DNA of 32,000 bases from Pirellula staleyi DSM 6068 (GTDB lineage Bacteria > Planctomycetota > Planctomycetia > Pirellulales > Pirellulaceae). The notes below the pieces were generated by a model. The model saw only the letters and a list, made by a program, of their open reading frames with translations. It was not told where the DNA came from and made no database searches. Position numbers and translations under genes: made by a program. Location of the stretch: the NCBI GenBank assembly GCA_000025185.1, contig CP001848.1:5400001-5432000 (forward strand), read 5' to 3'. Position 1 is the stretch's first letter. Each line of letters starts with the position of its first letter. Shown here piece after piece: positions 1-10,494 of the stretch.

Positions 1-1582
1 GATCGAAGCTCACGCGGCCAAAGAAGGCGGCGAAATGGTAGTAGTCGTCTTGGGTGTATTTCTCGAGTGGATGATTGTGGCACTTCGCGCAGCCAACTCG
101 TGTGCCGAGAAAACCTTGAGCGACCGACGACACCACTTCCGATTCTTCCGCGCGACGAAATTCCCCCACGGTCACAATGTAGTAGCCGACTTGAGGTGTC
201 GTAATCACATCCCCTTTGGCCGTGAGAACATCGGCCGCCATTTCGTTCCAGGGACGATTTTTGGCCACTTGCTCGCGCACCCAAGCATGCAAAGAACGGA
301 CCCCCTTGGTGCCACGCACATCGTGATCGCGCTCACGACGGTTCTGCAAAATGTCGCATAGCTGAAGGGTCCAAAAATCGACAAATTCCGGCCGATTCAG
401 CAGCGAATCGACCAGTTTTTGACGTTTGCTGGGATCGGTGTCGGCGGTGAAAGCAAGCACTTCTTCGGGCGTCGGAAGTGTGCCAATGGTGTCGAGCATC
501 GCGCGACGCAAAAACGTCACGTCGTCGCACGGTGGCGAGACCGGAATACGAAGTGACGAAAGCTTGTTCATCACATGCTCGTCGACCGGGCTGTGGCGTT
601 GTGCATACTGCTCGGGAGCAGGCGATGCGCTGAACGGAATCGTCAGTGGCATCACTTCCACATGATTCTGGAAATGGATCCGCACCACGGTCTCGCCGCT
701 GCGGAGCATTTTGACCAGACCACCGGGAGAGACCTCCGCGACCGAAAGATCGTTCGAGAAAAACTGCGTCAGCCAGGTGACATCGCGGACGTCGCCATTT
801 TCATAGTGCGCACGCACCATCAACTGCTGCTCGTCTCCCGGCTGATAAATCGAAGGAGGGGGAAAGACCTCGAGCTTCACACACGCTGGCTCGTTTTCAA
901 CAAGCGCTGGCGTGCCGGCTTCGATCCAGCGAACGAGTGTTTGCACACTCGGATCGTTCTCGCTCCACAGTTTGCCACCACCGTGCGGAATCCGTCCAAG
1001 AGGCTTTTGTACGAGCAAGCTTTGGGCAGGCGCAGCGCGGTCGATGCGACGACCAAAAAACTCGCGCGTGATCCAGTCGTGATCCCATTCCGAAGCGTAG
1101 CCGCGCAGTGAAAGCTTGAAGCCGTTTTGCCCAGCGAGCTTGCCGTGGCAAGCCCCTTGATTGCAACCAAAGCGTGTCAGGATCGGCTGAATGTCGTGGC
1201 GGAAAGAAGGGACGAGCGGCGCGTCGGCTGTTGCCACTTTAACAACCACTGGCGCGATGAGGCCGTCGACTTCGACCATGAGTTTGGTTTCACCAGCAGC
1301 AGTGGCGACTACCGAAAGCTCGGTGCCGAGCGACACGATTCCTTGGGTATCGCCGGTGATCTTCGCAGCGCGTGTGACATCGACCGATCGCCCCGCATCG
1401 TCGACTTTCGAGACCAAAAGATGCTGCGTGGCCGATAGTCGAGGGAGGGTGATTTCAGAGGGGTACACCACAAGGCGTGTCTCGGCCGAGAGCATGCCAG
1501 CAGCCATCAACCCGAAGACGAGTGCGGCAATCGCAACAGCCGTGCGGCGAACGTTCGCACGCTCGTAAACTGGACGAATCAT
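1..1582 (-). CDS. PSCyt/DUF1549-family protein (planctomycete cytochrome-c-like plus DUF1549 region), C-terminus cut by the window edge
   Basis: Absent from the ORF track because it runs off the window. Manual minus-strand translation from ATG at 1580-1582 gives MIRPVYERANVRRTAVAIAALVFGLMAAG (signal/TM). It continues through FRHDIQPILTRFGCNQGACHGK and LRRAMLDTIGTLPTPEEV to GCAKCHNHPLEKYTQDDYYHFAAFFGRV, and is open to base 1. The CAKCHNHP..DDYY..FF block is typical of DUF1549. Plus-strand ORFs listed here are shadows. Confidence 0.8.
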   Translation of the reverse strand, partial: MIRPVYERANVRRTAVAIAALVFGLMAAGMLSAETRLVVYPSEITLPRLSATQHLLVSKVDDAGRSVDVTRAAKITGDTQGIVSLGTELSVVATAAGETKLMVEVDGLIAPVVVKVATADAPLVPSFRHDIQPILTRFGCNQGACHGKLAGQNGFKLSLRGYASEWDHDWITREFFGRRIDRAAPAQSLLVQKPLGRIPHGGGKLWSENDPSVQTLVRWIEAGTPALVENEPACVKLEVFPPPSIYQPGDEQQLMVRAHYENGDVRDVTWLTQFFSNDLSVAEVSPGGLVKMLRSGETVVRIHFQNHVEVMPLTIPFSASPAPEQYAQRHSPVDEHVMNKLSSLRIPVSPPCDDVTFLRRAMLDTIGTLPTPEEVLAFTADTDPSKRQKLVDSLLNRPEFVDFWTLQLCDILQNRRERDHDVRGTKGVRSLHAWVREQVAKNRPWNEMAADVLTAKGDVITTPQVGYYIVTVGEFRRAEESEVVSSVAQGFLGTRVGCAKCHNHPLEKYTQDDYYHFAAFFGRVSFD

Positions 1583-1868
1583 CGCCAGCGACTTTCTATG
1601 TAGGAAGCTGCCGTAGCGGCAAACTTATTCGGCGGGGTAGGAGAGGCAGGAGCCATCCATCAGAGGGCTCTGATAGCTTATTCGACCGACGGGGGGGCTG
1701 TAAAGCAATTCCAGTAGCCATTCTCGGCAAAGAATGGCTCCGAAATCGCCACTGGCAGTGCCACCTCTCAAGCGACTTCGAGCGTTCGACGAACCGAGGC
1801 CGGATGACTAGAATCGTATGACCTTCCCCTGATGGTTCGTTACTCCGCTGGTCGCTAGCAATCGCAAA

Positions 1869-2906
1869 ATGGCCTCGCTCGAAAGCAACCCGGCTTCCCC
1901 AGAATCTCCTCCGATTGTCTCGGACGAGATCATCGCGCGCGGAGCACAACTGCTTGCAGCGGGGGAACTTGTTGCGATTCCTACCGAGACGGTCTACGGC
2001 CTGGCAGCCGACGCGACCAACCCGATGGCAGTCCGGAAGATCTTCGCCGCGAAAGGGCGACCAGCCGACCATCCTCTGATCGTCCACATTGCCTATCCCG
2101 ACGAAATCGACCGCTGGGGAACGGAAATTCCACCAGCCGCCTGGGATCTCGCCGCCGCCTTTTGGCCCGGCCCTTTAACCATGATCGTGCGCCGCCGAAG
2201 CAACGTCGATAGCGTGGTGGCGGGAGGACTCGACACCATCGCGGTTCGTTGTCCGAGTCATCCGGTCGCCCAGCGGCTGCTACGTGAACTGGGTCGCGGG
2301 GTCGCCGCCCCCAGCGCCAATAAATTCGGACATGTCAGCCCCACCACCGCAGCGCATGTGCTGGCAGAGTTTGGAGATACGCTTCCGCTGGTGATCGACG
2401 GCGGGGCCTGCGAAGTGGGGCTCGAATCGACCATTGTCGACCTCTCCCAGTCCACTCCCACGATCCTCCGCCCCGGCGCGATCTCGCAAACCGACCTGGA
2501 ACTCGTCCTAGGCCTGGCGATCGGCGATCCGCACGCAAATAGCACCCCCTGTAGCGGCCGATTAGCCAGCCATTATGCCCCCAACTGCATTGTGGAAATC
2601 GTTACTGAGGAAGAACTTACATCGAAACTAGCCAGTCTCGATGCTTCGGGGCGACGCGTCGGTCTACTGGCTACCGAAGAGGGGAGCGTTCGAGCTCTCG
2701 CCGCACTACCAGCCGATCGGATTGTCTGGCTACCCTCCGATGCAAAGCTCTATGCCCGTGGACTTTACGGCGCGCTTCGAGCGGCCGACGAGCGCGGGTT
2801 CGACCATTTTCTGGTCGTTTCGCCCCCGCTGGGGCATCCGCTATCGGCAGCGATTCTCGACCGGCTTCAAAAGGCGGCTGGTCCGCGCGATTCCAGGCGG
2901 GGCTAG
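1869..2906 (+). CDS. tsaC: L-threonylcarbamoyladenylate synthase, long Sua5/YrdC type
   Basis: 345 aa. YrdC-domain signature AIPTETVYGLAADATN, KGRPADHPLIVH and APSANKFGHVSPT, followed by a Sua5-type C-terminal extension. ATG start. Confidence 0.85.
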   Translation: MASLESNPASPESPPIVSDEIIARGAQLLAAGELVAIPTETVYGLAADATNPMAVRKIFAAKGRPADHPLIVHIAYPDEIDRWGTEIPPAAWDLAAAFWPGPLTMIVRRRSNVDSVVAGGLDTIAVRCPSHPVAQRLLRELGRGVAAPSANKFGHVSPTTAAHVLAEFGDTLPLVIDGGACEVGLESTIVDLSQSTPTILRPGAISQTDLELVLGLAIGDPHANSTPCSGRLASHYAPNCIVEIVTEEELTSKLASLDASGRRVGLLATEEGSVRALAALPADRIVWLPSDAKLYARGLYGALRAADERGFDHFLVVSPPLGHPLSAAILDRLQKAAGPRDSRRG

Positions 2907-3088
2907 CGCCGCCACTGGCCGTTCCGCTGCAGTCCGGTTGTTCGGAACCTAGCGGAAGCTGCCGCCAGATTTTGTGGCATTATTCCGACCAAAATGTCGG
3001 CCGCTTTGTAGGTGGTAACTAGAGTGGAACTAGGCACTAAGGATCGTCGGCACTCACGCCGCGCCTAGCCAGCGACGAGATTTCCACG

Positions 3089-3607
3089 ATGCAACGTCCC
3101 TTCCTCCAGCGAGTCAGCCAGTCCACGGCCAGCGGTTCGCCTTATCGCGCCGCCCGGCTGCTGGCGATGTGGGGCGCCGCAATGTGGAGCGCAGTGATGC
3201 TCGCCGGTTGCAGCGATGGGGGGCTGCAAGGCCCTCACGCTTGCGTTCCGGTCACGGGCAAGGTGATGTACGCCGCTCATCCAGCCGCTGGTGCCCAGGT
3301 GTCACTTGTTCCCGAAGTCGCCTCTCCGGCGGATTGGCCCCTGGGCTATCCGCGCGGGACCGTTGCCGACGATGGCTCGCTCGTCATCAGCACCTTCAAG
3401 CCGGGGGATGGTGCCCCGATTGGTGCCTACAAGATTGCCGTTTATTGGCCCGCCACACCGATTGCCGCGCAGAGCGATCGCGAAGAGGACCTCGAGCCTC
3501 TCGACCGCTTGTACGGAAAGTTTAGCACCCCTGCGACTAGTCCACTGCGAGCTGTCATCGAACCCAGCTCCACTGAACTATCCCCGATCGATCTCAGCTT
3601 GCCATAG
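3089..3607 (+). CDS. hypothetical lipoprotein, possibly carboxypeptidase-regulatory-like fold
   Basis: 172 aa. Hydrophobic N-terminus ending in the lipobox-like VMLAGCSD. Small secreted proteins of this kind commonly neighbour DUF1559 genes in planctomycetes. No catalytic motif recognised. Confidence 0.5.
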   Translation: MQRPFLQRVSQSTASGSPYRAARLLAMWGAAMWSAVMLAGCSDGGLQGPHACVPVTGKVMYAAHPAAGAQVSLVPEVASPADWPLGYPRGTVADDGSLVISTFKPGDGAPIGAYKIAVYWPATPIAAQSDREEDLEPLDRLYGKFSTPATSPLRAVIEPSSTELSPIDLSLP

Positions 3608-3662
3608 TGGCATGTCACCGAATTCTTGTTTGCTGTCCTGCGATTTCCGAAGAGCGAATGCC

Positions 3663-4706
3663 ATGAGCCGACAGATCATCCTTTTCCCCTCGCGTCAAAC
3701 GGAGCGCCGCTCTGGCTTCACACTCGTCGAACTGTTGGTAGTGATCGCGATCATCGGTGTGCTTGTCGCGCTCCTTCTGCCCGCCGTACAAGCTGCCCGC
3801 GAAGCAGCTCGGCGCATGTCGTGCACCAACAACATGAAACAGTTCGGGCTGGCGCTCCACAACTTCCACGACACCATGCTGGTGCTGCCACCTGCTGCGG
3901 TTCTGCCCCCCAACATCGCCAACATGACGAGCGAGTCGCACACCAAGTTCAACATTCCCCTGAACGTGGAGCATGGCTGGGGCGTTTTCGTGCTCCCGTT
4001 CATGGAAGAGAAGAATCTCTCGGACCGATATCTGTGGAATGAAGATTGGCGATCGACTGGCAATGAACCGGTGCGAAGTGCCTACGTGAAGACCTTCATT
4101 TGCCCCTCTTCGCCCGAACAGAAGCGGATGAACAACTACGCGCCCAAAAACATCACCAACTCGGCCTGCGGCGATTATGCCGTGCTGAATGAAGTGGGAA
4201 GTCTCACGTATCTGAAGAACAATGGACTGATCGACAACGAGTCGGCTGCGAGTCCACTCGGGATCATGCGCCCCAATGGAGACTTTGTTACCCCCACCAG
4301 CACGTCGGCCATCGAACGCAACAATTCACGCGTAAATCTTTGCAATTTCGCGATGATTACCGATGGTTTGTCGAACACCAGTCTGCTGATGGAATCGGCC
4401 GGGCGACCAATTCGCTGGACCCTCGGCAAACCGAATTACGATCCGACTTCGAGCGTCGAAGGGGCAGGGTGGGCCGATCCTGAAAACGAATTCAACCTGG
4501 CAGGCTGCGATCCGGCCACAGGTTTTGCGCCAGGACCGATCGCCGTGAACTGCACCAACGGTGGCGAGATTTATGCTTTCCATCCAGCCGGCGCAAACGT
4601 GCTGCTGGCCGATGGCTCGGTCCGCTTCATGAGCAAGAACGTGGCGCTGCGTATCGTCGCTCGCATGGTCACGCGCTCGGCTGGTGAAGTGAACGCCGAC
4701 TTCTAA
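3663..4706 (+). CDS. DUF1559-family protein with prepilin-type N-terminal cleavage/methylation motif
   Basis: In-frame ATG at 3663 gives MSRQIILFPSRQTERRSGFTLVELLVVIAIIGVLVALLLPAVQAAREAARRMSCTNNMKQ. This is the G-FTLVELLVV pilin-like leader plus the DUF1559 core, with the typical C-terminal H-PGG-N-LLADGSVRF. The track ORF start at 3291 overlaps the upstream gene and is rejected. Confidence 0.85.
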   Translation: MSRQIILFPSRQTERRSGFTLVELLVVIAIIGVLVALLLPAVQAAREAARRMSCTNNMKQFGLALHNFHDTMLVLPPAAVLPPNIANMTSESHTKFNIPLNVEHGWGVFVLPFMEEKNLSDRYLWNEDWRSTGNEPVRSAYVKTFICPSSPEQKRMNNYAPKNITNSACGDYAVLNEVGSLTYLKNNGLIDNESAASPLGIMRPNGDFVTPTSTSAIERNNSRVNLCNFAMITDGLSNTSLLMESAGRPIRWTLGKPNYDPTSSVEGAGWADPENEFNLAGCDPATGFAPGPIAVNCTNGGEIYAFHPAGANVLLADGSVRFMSKNVALRIVARMVTRSAGEVNADF

Positions 4707-4716
4707 AGCGGCAAGT

Positions 4717-7374
4717 TCACGCTGCTGGCATCGACTCGATCGCGGCGAGCAACTTCGCGCGGATTTCTTCGAGCCGCTTTTCGTCGACGATCTTTGCCCC
4801 GCCGAGCGTGGTGACATAAAAAACGTCGACCACCTGATCGAGATGGGTGCCGATCTTCGCGATGCTCACCGACAACTCGAGTTCGAAGAGCGCGCGGGTG
4901 ATGGTGTAAAGCAGACCCATGCGGTCGTAGGCAAACACGGCAACGATGGTGAACCGCTCGGCAGTGTTGTTGTCGAACGAAACGCGCGTCGGTAGATGCT
5001 GAGCGCGCGAATCAGTCGCTTGCGAACGGTCTTGCCAGGTTCGACGAAATGTCGGCTCCCCTTGGCTCGCGGTCGTGAGTGCTTGCTCGAGTGCGCGGCA
5101 CACCTCTTGGCGACGATTCTCGGGTGGCGCTCCGCTGTAATCGCGGTCCTGCACATAAAACCGGTCGAGCACCAAACCATCGGCAAGCGTGTTGATCTCG
5201 GCCGAGAGAATCTGCTGACGCTGGCTGCTGAGTGCGCCGGTGAGCTTATGAAAAATGCCGGGAGTAATCTGGTCGTACGTCCCGACGGCATACTCGACCA
5301 CATTGCGCTCGGCCTGATATTTCGACCACGCCACCGCATCGCTCGGCGAGAGCTTGCGCAATCGCTCGAGCTGCGAAACCACTTCAGCCGCATTCCCTGC
5401 GTAGAGCGAACTCGAGGGCAACACTTCAATCTGTTTTTTCAGCCAAGCGCGATCGGAAAAATTCGCGGTCGCAGCCAGCAGTTCGTCCATGCGTGCGCGC
5501 CGGCGCGCGGTCATGGCGGTTGCCGGAGATTCACTCGACAGCAATCGCAGCGTGTGATGATACAGATCGGTGAGCAGCTCTTTCTTCCAATCGTTCAGCA
5601 CTCCGGGCCCCACCGCCGCGAGATCGGCGAGCGTGAGTACGTAGAGCATTTGCAGCAGCTCGGGAGAGCCGACTTCGACGGCGAATTGCACCACCACTTC
5701 ATCGTCGCTGATGTCGTGCTGCTGCGCCAGATGCGACATGCGTAGGTGCTTGTGCACGAGCAGCATCGTCGCTTCGGTCTCGTCTTTCGAGAGTCCCAAG
5801 CGATGCCCGGTTTGTTCGGCGAGACGGCGTCCCACTTCGCTGTGATCTTCGACATAGCCTTTGCCAAGATCGTGCAGCAGCATTGCGAGATGGAGCACCC
5901 GTTTTTGTTTGATTCCGCGATACACCTCGCCTGGCACCCCCCGATCATCTTTCAGCTTGGTGAGGTACTCGACCGCGCGCAGCGTATGCTCGTCGACGGT
6001 GTAGCGATGATAGGCGTTGAACTGCAGCAGCGAACGTGTGTGCGAAACAGCGGGGATGATTTGCTCGAGGACGCGGAGTTCGTGCAAGCGGCGGAGCAGT
6101 TCGCCGAGTCGCGCGGGCTGCGACAGGAGCGAGAGAAAGAGCTTCGAGATATCTTCGCGCAGTGGTTCGCTCGGATCGGCCGGAGGCATTTGCGAAACCG
6201 CTTCGCGAATGGTGCGCCAGGTGCCATGATCGATCCGCTTGTTGTAGAGGTTCGCAAGATCGACGAGCCGCAGCACTTCGCCCAGGTCGCGGCGCATTTT
6301 CGCGAGCCCTTGCTTGGTGCATTTGATGGTTCGTGGTCCGACGCGAAAATCCCCTTCGAACTGATGCGTGAGGAGCGGTTCGAGCAGCCACCACAAAGGA
6401 AACTGCGGGCGGCAGAGCTCTGCGAAACTGTTGACGATTTCGCGCACGTTGCTGGTGTGCTGAAAATACTCGCGCATGAACTGCTCGACCGGAAGCAGTC
6501 CCTCTTGCGGAGGTCGATTCTGCAATTCAGCCAGTCGCAGCTGCTCGGTTTTGTCGAGCAAATCGGCCGCTTTTCCCTGAGAAAAATGGAGATCGTTACG
6601 CAGCCAGAGCAGGAAGTCGCGCGCGGCGCGTAGTTTTTTGAGATCGTCCTTGAGCAGGTGGCCCGCTTGCTCGAGCAACTTGGGTTCGCTCTCGCCGAAG
6701 CGGCAGAAGCCGAGCCAGCGGACGAGCTGAATGTCGCGCAGTCCACCGCGCGAGCGCTTGACGTTGGGCTCGAGCAGGAAGACCGTTTCGCCAAACTCGG
6801 TTCGCTCTTCGCGACGTGCGTTTTCGATTCCGGGGAGGAGTTTTTTCCAGCGACGTTTGACGTACCAACGAAACTGATTATCAAACCGCTCGAAGAGTTC
6901 GGCGTTCCCCGCAATGCAGCGACTCTCGCTCAGCGAAGTGAGGACAGTGGTGTCTTGCATTGCCATCGAGATGGCCTGCGACACCGTGCGAGCGCTGAAA
7001 CCGACATCGAGACCAAGATCGTAGAGATGCTGCGAGAATTGGCGAATGATCGGGAGCGCCGCCTCTTCGCTGCGAATCGAGTGCAGCAGCATGACGTCGA
7101 CATCGCTGTAGGGCGCCATCTCGCGACGACCAAATCCGCTATGCGCGACGACGCAAAAATGTTGCTTGATTTTCTCGCGCTGATCTTCCGGGGCGTCGGC
7201 AATCACTGCGTTGAATAGCTCGACCACCATCCCTTCGAGCAGGTCGGTGAAGTGAGCGCACACTTGCACGCCAGGCGTTCCGCTGTTGTGCTGCTTACGT
7301 AGCTTCTCGCGCCCTTTGGCAAGTTTCTCGCGAGCTTCGACAACGGCGGGATGAATGCGGAGCGTGGTGGGCAT
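4717..7374 (-). CDS. glnD: [protein-PII] uridylyltransferase / uridylyl-removing enzyme
   Basis: About 885 aa. Nucleotidyltransferase region (HSGFGRREMAPYSDVDVMLL), HD domain (HLAMLLHDLGKG) and two C-terminal ACT-like repeats (FTIVAVFAYDRMGLLYTITRAL...). It lies directly downstream of a P-II gene. ATG at 7374 is preferred over the TTG at 7425 used by the track. Confidence 0.85.
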   Translation of the reverse strand: MPTTLRIHPAVVEAREKLAKGREKLRKQHNSGTPGVQVCAHFTDLLEGMVVELFNAVIADAPEDQREKIKQHFCVVAHSGFGRREMAPYSDVDVMLLHSIRSEEAALPIIRQFSQHLYDLGLDVGFSARTVSQAISMAMQDTTVLTSLSESRCIAGNAELFERFDNQFRWYVKRRWKKLLPGIENARREERTEFGETVFLLEPNVKRSRGGLRDIQLVRWLGFCRFGESEPKLLEQAGHLLKDDLKKLRAARDFLLWLRNDLHFSQGKAADLLDKTEQLRLAELQNRPPQEGLLPVEQFMREYFQHTSNVREIVNSFAELCRPQFPLWWLLEPLLTHQFEGDFRVGPRTIKCTKQGLAKMRRDLGEVLRLVDLANLYNKRIDHGTWRTIREAVSQMPPADPSEPLREDISKLFLSLLSQPARLGELLRRLHELRVLEQIIPAVSHTRSLLQFNAYHRYTVDEHTLRAVEYLTKLKDDRGVPGEVYRGIKQKRVLHLAMLLHDLGKGYVEDHSEVGRRLAEQTGHRLGLSKDETEATMLLVHKHLRMSHLAQQHDISDDEVVVQFAVEVGSPELLQMLYVLTLADLAAVGPGVLNDWKKELLTDLYHHTLRLLSSESPATAMTARRRARMDELLAATANFSDRAWLKKQIEVLPSSSLYAGNAAEVVSQLERLRKLSPSDAVAWSKYQAERNVVEYAVGTYDQITPGIFHKLTGALSSQRQQILSAEINTLADGLVLDRFYVQDRDYSGAPPENRRQEVCRALEQALTTASQGEPTFRRTWQDRSQATDSRAQHLPTRVSFDNNTAERFTIVAVFAYDRMGLLYTITRALFELELSVSIAKIGTHLDQVVDVFYVTTLGGAKIVDEKRLEEIRAKLLAAIESMPAA

Positions 7375-7668
7375 GATCGGCAACTGGTTGCTGGGCGGCA
7401 AGCAAAGAAGGGAGGCCGCTCGCAATTCGGAAGTTCGATCGGCGGCTGGTACGAAAGTGCGATGGTTGCGCGATCAGCCTGTGACCACTCGATCATCGCC
7501 AACAAGTGCCGCAGCAGAAGGAGCAGCAGCACGGAGAGATTGCTTACGCGTCGCCAGGAGACCAATCGCCGCTGGGTTCTACTTCACCAAGCCGCCTGCC
7601 CGGAAGAGATCCCCAGCTTCGTACGTTTTGTTGGGTTCGTCGTACGTGCGGGTGGTTCGCCTTCAGGA

Positions 7669-8025
<357 letters not shown>

Positions 8026-8697
8026 TCAATATCCGAGGCCAACTTGCCTCTCGACCTTCGCGACAGCGCCCGCTGCAGAAGTTCGAGAAGTCCCATTGCC
8101 CCGGTTTGTTTCAATCCCCATCCGTTGGAGAGGCCCGCTCCCGGAGAGCTTTAGCCACGATCGAAAACCGATCCTACGACGTCGTCAAACCGACCCAGCC
8201 CGTCAACTTTGCCCAGGTCGATCGATTTGCCACCAGTTCCACGATTATACACGGCTGTACACTTCGCGAAGCGAACTCTCCGCTGCGGTGGCGGGCGGAG
8301 AAAGCGCGCCACCGGTGTGCAACGGCTGCAAACCTAATCGAGCATGCAATTTAACGATCCTACAAGCATACGCTATCGGACCGCTCCTTGCAGCGTCAGT
8401 CGGCCCGCAAAGCGCTTGGTTCTCCCAAAAACCGCAGGCCGCAGCGAACTAAATACACCCTACGGCCCCAATAAACCTCAAAACCATACTTATTATCGGC
8501 AGCTAGCACGCCTTTAACTGCAATCCAACCGATTACAGGCTTCGGCCGAAAGCCGCCACTTTGTTCTTGAGTATCGACCTGAGCCGGCCTCCTAGCAAAG
8601 AGGAAACCGGCACTAAACCACACTTAACGGCTCAGAATAAGGCCTAACCAGCGATGTGGCAGGCCGTTCTGAGCTGCCGATCGATGGCAGGAAGATA

Positions 8698-10179
8698 CTA
8701 CAGGAAGATGTAGCCTTCTTCGCCATGCTGGCTGAGGTCGAGACCTTGCAGTTCTTCGTCGCGACGGACACGCAGCCCCATCGTTAGGTCGAGCACTTTC
8801 AGCAGCACGAAGGTCACAATCGCCGAAACCACCCAGGTGACGAGGGTGGCGACAATCTGACCCACCAGCACCCGCGTTTCGCCATCGACCAGGCCGAGGG
8901 GCTTGCCGTTGCTGATGAGGGCGGTGTCGGCCACGTTGACCGTTGCGAACACGCCGGTCAGGATCGCGCCGAGCGTTCCACCCACGCCGTGAACCCCGAA
9001 GGCGTCGAGCGAGTCGTCGTAGCCAAAGGTGTGCTTCAGCTTGGTGCAAGCGAGGAAGCAGACAATGCCAGCGATGAAGCCCATCGCGAGGGCCGCCATC
9101 GGGCCAACAAAGCCAGCCGCTGGTGTAATGCAGACGAGTCCCGCCACTGCGCCCGAGCAAGCACCGAGCACGCTGGGCTTGCCACGCAGTACCCATTCCA
9201 TCAAGGCCCAGCTGAGCGTTCCGGCAGCAGCCGAGAAGTGCGTCACGGCAAACGCCGACGAAGTGAGGCCATCGCTGGCCAGTTCGCTACCGGCGTTGAA
9301 GCCGAACCATCCCACCCACAGCATCGCAGCGCCGAGCGTGGTGTAGGTGAGGTTGTGGGGAGGCATCGGATCACTGCCGTAGCCCAAGCGTTTGCCAATC
9401 ACCAGCGCACAAACAAGCGCCGAGACACCCGAGCTGATATGCACCACGGTGCCACCTGCAAAGTCGAGTGCGCCACCCATTAAGCCGGGCCCTGCCATCC
9501 AACCTTTGCCATCATCGTTGGGCTTGAGGAAGGCGAGCAAACCACCATCCCACACCATGTGGCATAGCGGGCAGTAGAGAATCGTGCCCCACAAAATCGA
9601 GAAGACCACCATCGTGCTGAACTTCATTCGTTCGGCAAAGGCACCGCAGATGAGGGCCGGGGTGATGATGAAAAACATCCCCTGGAAAAGCATGTGCGTC
9701 AGACGTGGAATCGCACCTTCCATCGGAGTTTCGACTTCGCCGGTTTCGGCATTGAAAGTCCGCTCGACGTTGCGCATCAGCACGTAGTCGAAGTTGCCGA
9801 TGTACGGGTTGTAGCCCTCTTCGCCGAGCGTTCCGCCGAACGAGAGCGAGTAGCCATAGAGAGCCCAAATCACCGTCATCAGCCCCATCAGGAAGATGCA
9901 TTGCATCATCACACCGAGGACATTCTTCTTACGGACCAAGCCGCTGTAGAACATCGCCAGCCCTGGTGCTGTCATAAAGAGCACGAGTGCTGCAGAAGTG
10001 AGCATCCAGGCGTTATGTCCGGCGAGCGCTGCACTCGACGCAGCACCTTCCACCGCCGTAACACGCTCCTCGATCGACGGCGGTGCCGACGATCCTTCTT
10101 GAGCCCATCCCACCGTTGCGCAGCCGAGCAGCAGCAGTGCGAGCCAACTACATTTCACCACCGATAGAGTACTAGACAT
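8698..10179 (-). CDS. amt: ammonium transporter (Amt family)
   Basis: About 493 aa and multi-TM. Amt signatures DFAGGTVVHISSG and GAILTGVFA. N-terminal signal peptide MSSTLSVVKCSWLALLLLGCATVGWAQ. ATG at 10179 with AAGGCG upstream is preferred over the TTG at 10197. Confidence 0.9.
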   Translation of the reverse strand: MSSTLSVVKCSWLALLLLGCATVGWAQEGSSAPPSIEERVTAVEGAASSAALAGHNAWMLTSAALVLFMTAPGLAMFYSGLVRKKNVLGVMMQCIFLMGLMTVIWALYGYSLSFGGTLGEEGYNPYIGNFDYVLMRNVERTFNAETGEVETPMEGAIPRLTHMLFQGMFFIITPALICGAFAERMKFSTMVVFSILWGTILYCPLCHMVWDGGLLAFLKPNDDGKGWMAGPGLMGGALDFAGGTVVHISSGVSALVCALVIGKRLGYGSDPMPPHNLTYTTLGAAMLWVGWFGFNAGSELASDGLTSSAFAVTHFSAAAGTLSWALMEWVLRGKPSVLGACSGAVAGLVCITPAAGFVGPMAALAMGFIAGIVCFLACTKLKHTFGYDDSLDAFGVHGVGGTLGAILTGVFATVNVADTALISNGKPLGLVDGETRVLVGQIVATLVTWVVSAIVTFVLLKVLDLTMGLRVRRDEELQGLDLSQHGEEGYIFL

Positions 10180-10494
10180 GAAAACGCCTTGAGCCAAAGA
10201 AGCCCGCGTCGAAACGCAATTTCTCGCGTCGAGCGCAAGCCAACAACGAACGAGACCTCGAGCCGCCTAGGTGGCCGCCTCGCCACACTCGATGTCTACT
10301 GAGCTGCGTCCGTCTGGCCATCGAAACGATACGATTGTTCGATGGTTGCCTGGTTCCAGACGAGCCAACTCTTGGGCAGATGTTGCGAAACAGACTACAA
10401 ACCACATGCCGGAAGAGCAAGTGACTCGGCGGGCTTACGGCTTTGTAATTCTGAAAAACTGGCCCAGCTTCGATTCGCTAGAGAGCTGCTGAAG

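Noticed and set aside
35-1568. Several plus-strand ORFs (35-361, 575-1111, 1127-1438, 1191-1568) and short minus-strand ORFs in the first 1.6 kb.
   Set aside because: They are Arg/Ser-rich, overlap one another, and are shadows of the strong minus-strand PSCyt/DUF1549 frame, which is open from 1582 to the window edge.
3291-3662. A 124-aa N-terminal extension of the DUF1559 ORF.
   Set aside because: It overlaps the upstream lipoprotein gene in another frame and is Pro/Arg/Ser-rich. The family N-terminus (prepilin leader) begins at the internal ATG at 3663.
5952-6914. A 320-aa Ser/Cys/Arg-rich ORF within glnD, plus other long off-frame or antisense ORFs: 5746-6633, 11247-12326, 15504-16499, 17099-18145, 20228-21385 and 24036-24920.
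   Set aside because: These are typical high-GC shadow ORFs. Each lies fully inside a gene with clear family motifs, and each has low-complexity, Arg-rich composition.
7605-7668. Paired CGTACG palindromes downstream of the P-II stop, considered as a possible terminator.
   Set aside because: The stem is only 6 bp with a 15-nt loop and no U-run. This is not convincing.
8593-8612. A sigma-54-like element on the minus strand (CCGGTTTCCTCTTTGCT, with correct GG-to-GC spacing).
   Set aside because: Only the GG and TTGC core match, and the -24 box is otherwise non-consensus. This could easily arise by chance in 690 bp.
8396-8623. A 75-aa minus-strand ORF in the amt/P-II spacer.
   Set aside because: It has no RBS, odd composition and no motif. 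It is more likely non-coding.
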